Positions 58,548 through 64,000 of a stretch of 64,000 nt of DNA are shown one piece after another. The DNA comes from Salinivirgaceae bacterium (GTDB taxonomy: Bacteria > Bacteroidota > Bacteroidia > Bacteroidales > SZUA-534): assembly GCA_017617355.1 (NCBI GenBank), contig JAFZWI010000023.1:10899-74898 (forward strand), read 5' to 3'. The notes beneath the pieces are model-generated. The model did no database searches and had not been told where the DNA came from. It saw only the letters and a program-made list of their open reading frames with translations. A program made the position numbers and the translations under genes. The stretch's first letter is position 1; each line of letters opens with the position of its first letter.

Positions 58548-61500
58548 GTGAGCAAGATTTTTATCGGCATATACAAATTCTTTCAAAGTCATAAGGCACT
58601 TCTTTATAGTTTCCTGACAATCTGCGTTGTAGCCATGGCACTGGTGGCCAGCCGCATCAGTATCAGGCAGAACATAACTGATTTTTTCCCGACAAAAGGC
58701 GAAGGCGATAAGACGGCCGAAGTATTTCAGAATCTGAACGTTAAAGACAAAATGGTTGTCATTTTCTCGCCTGTGGGGAATGCGCCAGTCGATAGCCTGA
58801 TAACAACAGCCGAGGAGTTTGCTGGCACGCTGAACGAAACGTGCGGCGAGTATCTGAAAGGAATTATGTTGCGAATAGACGACAGGCTTGTTGGCGGAGT
58901 CAGCGATTTCATTTACAACAATTTACCATTATTTCTTACCGAAGCCGATTATGCCCGCCTTGACACACTGATAACCCAACCTGCCATTGAGCGGCGGATG
59001 CGGCAGAACTATCAGAATATGATTTCGCCCATAGGCATCGGCACGCGGAAATTCATCTTGCGCGACCCAATGGGCATAGGCACGCAAACACTTGAGAATC
59101 TGCAAGATTTCGAGATAGAGTCGGGCAATGCAATGGTTGACAACTATCTGTTCACGGGCGACACCTCGTCGCTGATGATGATTTTGACTCCGAAATACAA
59201 TCTTGGGCATATTGGAGAGAATAAGGGTTTTGTAATCCGTTTTGAGGAGGAGCTGCAGAAATTCAACAACCGGCATCCGGGTGTGTACGCCGAGTATTTT
59301 GGCGGAGCGTCGGTGAGTGTTTACAACGCCCTGCAGATACAAAACGACACCACACTGACATCGCTTATAGCATTGATAATCATAGCGGTATTCATATCGC
59401 TTATTTTCAAACGCAAGCGTACCATTCCGCTTGTCATTGTGCCGGCATTGTTCGGCGGACTGTTTGCTTTGGCGGTTATGTCGCTGGTGAAAGGTGAGAT
59501 TTCGGCGGCGGCCATTGGCGCGGGCGCGGCTATCATCGGCATTGCGCTTAGCTACTCAATCCACATGCTGGCCCACCAAAACCATGTGCGCACAGTTGAA
59601 CAATTAATCGACGAGTTGGCCTACCCGCTTACCGTCGGCAGTTTCACAACCATTGGCGCCTTTTTTGCGCTGGTGTTCACGTCATCGGCCATTCTGCGCG
59701 ACTTCGGTCTTTTTGCCTCGCTCACACTCATCGGCACAACGCTTTTCTGCCTTATCTTCTTGCCGCATTTCCTTAGTGGCCAGGCAGATATAAAGCAAGG
59801 CAGAGTGCTGAAATTCATCGAGAAGATAAACTCGTATCATTACGAAAAGAATCGCTGGATTGTCGGCGGTTTGCTGATTCTGATTGTAATAAGCTGTTTT
59901 ACGGCCGGAAAGGTGCGTTTCAACAGCGATATGATGACGATGTACTACGAGCCGGAGCATCTGAAAACGGCCCGCGAGAAGATAGAGGCGTTTTACGATA
60001 CCGAAGCCAAAAACGTGATGTTTGTGAGCGTTGGCACAACCGACGATTCGGTAGCTGCCGTTTATGCTGACATCAACCGCCAGCTCGACAGCCTTAAAAA
60101 TGAAGGACTTATAAAAGATTTTGCATCGGCTGAGCGATTTGTGCCGAGCCTAAAAGAGCAACAACACAGGCTTCAGCTTTGGAACGATTTCTGGACACCC
60201 GAGCGCCGACAGTTGTTGGAACGGACAATAGGCTCGGAATGTGAGCGATACAAGTTCAAGGCATCGGCTTTCAACGGCTTTTACAAGTGGTTTAACAGCG
60301 AATTTTCGACAGTCGATTTTACCAAAACCGACGGCGCTTTTGCCGAGTTGCTGGCCGAATGGGTAGTGCCGGCCGACAATTTCAGAATGTTGGTGTCGCA
60401 GGTGCGGCTCAACGAGTCGGATAAAGAGCAAGTTTACAAGCTGATGCAGCGCAACGACGATTTGGTGATTTTTGACCGTGCCTATTTTACCAACCGCTGG
60501 GTGGGCAATGTGAACGATGATTTCAACTGGATACTTTACACTTCTTCGTTCCTGATTTTCTTTGCGTTACTAATATCGTACGGGCGCATAGAGCTTACGT
60601 TGATGAGCTTTTTGCCGATGCTTGTAAGCTGGTTTGTGATTTTAGGTTTAATGGGACTTTTCGGCATAGAATTCAATATCATCAACATCATCATTTCAAC
60701 ATTCATATTCGGCATAGGCGACGATTTCAGCATCTTCATAATGGACGGCCTGCAAAGCAAATACCGAACGGGCCGCGAGATTCTGAACTCGCACAAGACG
60801 GCTATTTTCTGTTCGGCATTCACCATTGTTGTGGGTATGGGAGCGCTTGTTTTCGCACAGCATCCGGCCTTGCAGTCCATTTCGCTGATATCGATTTTGG
60901 GAATACTGACGGTGGTGCTGGTAGCGTTCACCATTCAGCCTATCATCTTTAATTTCTTCATTGCAAACCCGGCAGCCAAAGGAAATATGCCTTATGCGGC
61001 ATCTGATTTGATTCTGACGGTGCTGGGCTTCGGCATGTTTACGATATGCTGTTTCATCCTTCGGTTGTTCACGTTTGTGCTTTATCTGGTTCCGATAAGG
61101 AAAATTCACAAACGGCGGCTGATATGTTTCCTTATGAACAGGGCCAGTCGCTTGATATTCTTTGCTTTTCCGCACGTAAAAAGGCTTCATCGCAATACTA
61201 CAGGAAAGTTTGACGAGCAGCCGGCAATCATCATAGCCAATCACCAGTCGTTTATGGATATACTGACAATGCTTTCCGTTTCGACGCGCGTGGTAATGGT
61301 TACAAACAAGTGGGTTTGGCACTCGCCGGTTTTTGGCGGACTGATACGCTATGCGGGATTCATCTACACTGGCGACGGTGTCGATATAAACCAAGAGATT
61401 GTGAGTGAGCGTATTAAAGAGGGTTTCTCCGTGGTGATATTTCCTGAAGGCTCACGTTCTGTCGACAGCAAAATACGTCGCTTCCATAAAGGAGCATTTT

Positions 61501-62399
61501 TGTTGGCCGAGAAACTTAAACTCGACATTGTTCCGATTTTGCTTTATGGTGCAGGCGATGTTATTCCTAAAAAGCAGCCGTTCATTGTGCGTCACGGCTT
61601 GATAGCAACTAGCGTTCTGCCACGCATAAAATATACCGACCGTTCGTGGGGTGACGATTATCGCGAACGCACAAAGAAGATTTCGGCCTGGTTCAAACAA
61701 CAATATCAGCAGCTTTACGATGAGCTGACAAACACTCACAGCAGCGCTATTCACAGTCGCATAATGCACAATTTCATCTTCAAAGGACCGGTTGAGGAGT
61801 GGTATCTGCGCGTGAAAATACGCATGGAAGGCAACTACGAGCTGTTTGACCAGCTTGTGCCGCGCCGTGCCCGCATAACCGATATTGGTTGCGGCTATGG
61901 TCCGTTGTGTTATATGCTTGCGCAGACATCGGCTGACCGCGAGATACTGGGCATCGACTACGATGACGATAAAATTGCCGTTGCACAGAACGGCTGGCTG
62001 AGACAGCATTGCAATCTGAGGTTCGAGCAAGCTAACGCATTGGAATACAGCTTGCCGCAAAGCGATGTCTTTATTATGAACGATATGTTGCACTATATGA
62101 GCGCCGAGCATCAGAATCAGCTGATTCACAAATGCGTGGCTGCCTTGGCCGACGGTGGAATGATTATCATCCGCGACGGTAACACCGAGGAGCAGGAGCG
62201 CCACCGTCTGACACGTTTCACCGAGCTGATGTCGACACGCATTATCAAGTTCAACAAAACCGAGGAACAGCTTGTCTTTCTGTCGGAAACACGTATGCGG
62301 CAGATTGCCGACGAATGCGGAATGAGCATTGAGACAATCCAAAACGACCGTTACACGTCGAATACTATTTATATACTGAAACGGAAAGCTATTGCTTGA
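58548..62399 (+). CDS. Trifunctional MMPL exporter / acyltransferase / class I SAM methyltransferase
   Basis: Two MMPL TM bundles, NHQSFMD and FPEGSRS (PlsC), DIGCGYG (SAM); GTG start. Confidence 0.9.
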   Translation: MSKIFIGIYKFFQSHKALLYSFLTICVVAMALVASRISIRQNITDFFPTKGEGDKTAEVFQNLNVKDKMVVIFSPVGNAPVDSLITTAEEFAGTLNETCGEYLKGIMLRIDDRLVGGVSDFIYNNLPLFLTEADYARLDTLITQPAIERRMRQNYQNMISPIGIGTRKFILRDPMGIGTQTLENLQDFEIESGNAMVDNYLFTGDTSSLMMILTPKYNLGHIGENKGFVIRFEEELQKFNNRHPGVYAEYFGGASVSVYNALQIQNDTTLTSLIALIIIAVFISLIFKRKRTIPLVIVPALFGGLFALAVMSLVKGEISAAAIGAGAAIIGIALSYSIHMLAHQNHVRTVEQLIDELAYPLTVGSFTTIGAFFALVFTSSAILRDFGLFASLTLIGTTLFCLIFLPHFLSGQADIKQGRVLKFIEKINSYHYEKNRWIVGGLLILIVISCFTAGKVRFNSDMMTMYYEPEHLKTAREKIEAFYDTEAKNVMFVSVGTTDDSVAAVYADINRQLDSLKNEGLIKDFASAERFVPSLKEQQHRLQLWNDFWTPERRQLLERTIGSECERYKFKASAFNGFYKWFNSEFSTVDFTKTDGAFAELLAEWVVPADNFRMLVSQVRLNESDKEQVYKLMQRNDDLVIFDRAYFTNRWVGNVNDDFNWILYTSSFLIFFALLISYGRIELTLMSFLPMLVSWFVILGLMGLFGIEFNIINIIISTFIFGIGDDFSIFIMDGLQSKYRTGREILNSHKTAIFCSAFTIVVGMGALVFAQHPALQSISLISILGILTVVLVAFTIQPIIFNFFIANPAAKGNMPYAASDLILTVLGFGMFTICCFILRLFTFVLYLVPIRKIHKRRLICFLMNRASRLIFFAFPHVKRLHRNTTGKFDEQPAIIIANHQSFMDILTMLSVSTRVVMVTNKWVWHSPVFGGLIRYAGFIYTGDGVDINQEIVSERIKEGFSVVIFPEGSRSVDSKIRRFHKGAFLLAEKLKLDIVPILLYGAGDVIPKKQPFIVRHGLIATSVLPRIKYTDRSWGDDYRERTKKISAWFKQQYQQLYDELTNTHSSAIHSRIMHNFIFKGPVEEWYLRVKIRMEGNYELFDQLVPRRARITDIGCGYGPLCYMLAQTSADREILGIDYDDDKIAVAQNGWLRQHCNLRFEQANALEYSLPQSDVFIMNDMLHYMSAEHQNQLIHKCVAALADGGMIIIRDGNTEEQERHRLTRFTELMSTRIIKFNKTEEQLVFLSETRMRQIADECGMSIETIQNDRYTSNTIYILKRKAIA

Positions 62400-64000
62400 A
62401 GAATTTGAAAGCCTGCAAGATACGCAGGTGATGCGTCTCGTGGTTGGCTATGGCCGGCTTCATCATCTTTTTGGCTGTGTTAAGAATGTCGTTGGGTGAG
62501 TAGCCGCAGATTTCGTATAACTCATGCGATGCGCCATGCTCGACAAAAGCGTCGGGGATACCAAGCCGAACAACTTCGGCATTATACTGATTGTCAGCCA
62601 TAAACTCAAGCACAGCGCTACCAAAACCACCTTTCAAAACACCGTCTTCAATGGTGATGATTTTGGTGAATTTCTTGAACACTTTATGCAGCAATTCCTC
62701 GTCAATCGGCTTCACAAAACGCATATCGTAGTGAGCGTAATCGATGTCGGCTTCAAGCAGTTTGTCCGATATCTCATTCACAAAATTGCCGGTGTTGCCA
62801 ATCGTCAAAATGGCTAACGATGAGCCTTCGCGCAGCGTGCGGCCTTTGCCTATTGGAATCAGTTCGAATGGTTTCTGCCAATCGGCGTTTGGTGTTTTTC
62901 CGCGCGGATAGCGGATTGAGAACGGCCCTTGCGGACGATTTTGCGCGGTGAACATCATATTGCGGAGCTCGCACTCGTCCATTGGGGCGGCAACGGTCAT
63001 ATTCGGGATGCTGCGCATGAAAGCTATGTCGAAAGCGCCGTGGTGTGTTGCGCCGTCGGCACCGACAATGCCGGCGCGGTCGAGGCAGAAGACAACGTTG
63101 AGGTTCTGCAGAGCCACATCGTGGATAATCTGGTCGTAGGCACGCTGCATGAAAGTAGAGTAGATGTTGCAGAAAGGCATCATTCCTTGTGCGGCAAGTC
63201 CTGCGGCAAACGTTACGGCGTGTTCTTCGGCAATGCCCACATCGAAAGTGCGGTCGGGCATCTTCTCTAGCATAATGTTCATACTGCAGCCTGTAGGCAT
63301 GGCGGGCGTTATGCCTACAATCTTCGGGTTGCGCTCGGCTAGTTCAAGCAGTGTGTGGCCGAAAACATCCTGAAAACGCGGACGCGGGTCGGACGATGTT
63401 TTTATTATCTCGCCAGTCTCCTTGTCGAACAAGCCGGGAGCGTGCCAAGTGGTTTGGTCTTGCTCGGCTTGCGGGAAGCCCTTGCCTTTCACGGTTTTAA
63501 CGTGCAGCAGTTTTGGTCCCGGAATGCGTTTCAAGTCGTCGAGAACTTTGGTCAGATAGATGACATCATGGCCGTCGATAGGACCGAAGTAGCGGAAATT
63601 CAACGCCTCGAACAAGTTGCCCTGTTTCAGCAGAATCGACTTCACGCCGCGGTCAATTTTTTGGATAAGCGACTGAGTGTTAGGCCCGAAGCGGTTCAGC
63701 TTGCCCAACACATTCCACACTTCGTCTTTCAATTTGTTGTATCGTTGCGATGTCGAGACATCTACCAGATAATCTTTGAAAGCGCCCACGCTCGGGTCGA
63801 TAGCCATGTTGTTATCGTTCAGAATGACAAGCAGGTTGGTCTTTTGAACGCCGGCGTTGTTGAGGCCTTCGAAAGCCAGGCCGCCAGTCATTGAGCCGTC
63901 ACCGATGATAGCCACCACATTGCGGTCAGTCTCGCCTTTGAGTTTTGAGCCCATGGCCAAACCCAAGGCGGCTGATATTGAGGTTGATGCGTGTCCAGCG
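62389..64000 (-). CDS. dxs: 1-deoxy-D-xylulose-5-phosphate synthase (5' part beyond the window edge)
   Basis: GHASTSISAALG, IGDGSMTGGLAFEGLNN, FDVGIAEEHAV, YSTFMQRAYDQ, DRAG.VGADG.TH, IRYPRG. Confidence 0.96.
   Translation of the reverse strand, partial: AGHASTSISAALGLAMGSKLKGETDRNVVAIIGDGSMTGGLAFEGLNNAGVQKTNLLVILNDNNMAIDPSVGAFKDYLVDVSTSQRYNKLKDEVWNVLGKLNRFGPNTQSLIQKIDRGVKSILLKQGNLFEALNFRYFGPIDGHDVIYLTKVLDDLKRIPGPKLLHVKTVKGKGFPQAEQDQTTWHAPGLFDKETGEIIKTSSDPRPRFQDVFGHTLLELAERNPKIVGITPAMPTGCSMNIMLEKMPDRTFDVGIAEEHAVTFAAGLAAQGMMPFCNIYSTFMQRAYDQIIHDVALQNLNVVFCLDRAGIVGADGATHHGAFDIAFMRSIPNMTVAAPMDECELRNMMFTAQNRPQGPFSIRYPRGKTPNADWQKPFELIPIGKGRTLREGSSLAILTIGNTGNFVNEISDKLLEADIDYAHYDMRFVKPIDEELLHKVFKKFTKIITIEDGVLKGGFGSAVLEFMADNQYNAEVVRLGIPDAFVEHGASHELYEICGYSPNDILNTAKKMMKPAIANHETHHLRILQAFKFFKQ

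Noticed and set aside
60536-62342. Long - strand ORFs (60696..61394, 61452..62342)
   Set aside because: Antisense shadows of the MMPL fusion gene.

Overview
Chromosomal window from a Bacteroidota bacterium, probably an anaerobic T9SS-bearing Bacteroidales/Marinilabiliales-like lineage (inferred from sprA/porQ, TAnnTTTG promoters and gene order). It is mostly core genes: pgeF, ruvA-sprA-porQ, uvrC, ilvE, thrH, the mnmG-ybeY...dut-flippase operon, ftsX-truB-queA, a phosphomannomutase, greA-HIT and a partial dxs. The window very likely contains the replication origin: a parS site lies at the end of mnmG, and an AT-rich divergent intergenic region at 39.6-40.3 kb carries many DnaA-box-like 9-mers. 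Accessory content includes: (i) an AAA+ ATPase/nuclease-fold gene bracketed by three copies of a 40-bp palindrome; (ii) two tandem Cache-HAMP-GAF-PAS sensors with no catalytic output domain; (iii) two paralogous helical+beta-barrel outer-membrane proteins; (iv) a radical SAM/lipoprotein pair; (v) a small defence islet (59-aa ORF plus zeta-toxin-like kinase, hairpin-rich spacer, type II R-M system, REP-like repeats); (vi) a two-gene fragment of a flexirubin/aryl-polyene-type cluster. No rRNA, tRNA, CRISPR array or transposase was seen. All family assignments come from recognising motifs by eye, not from database searches.
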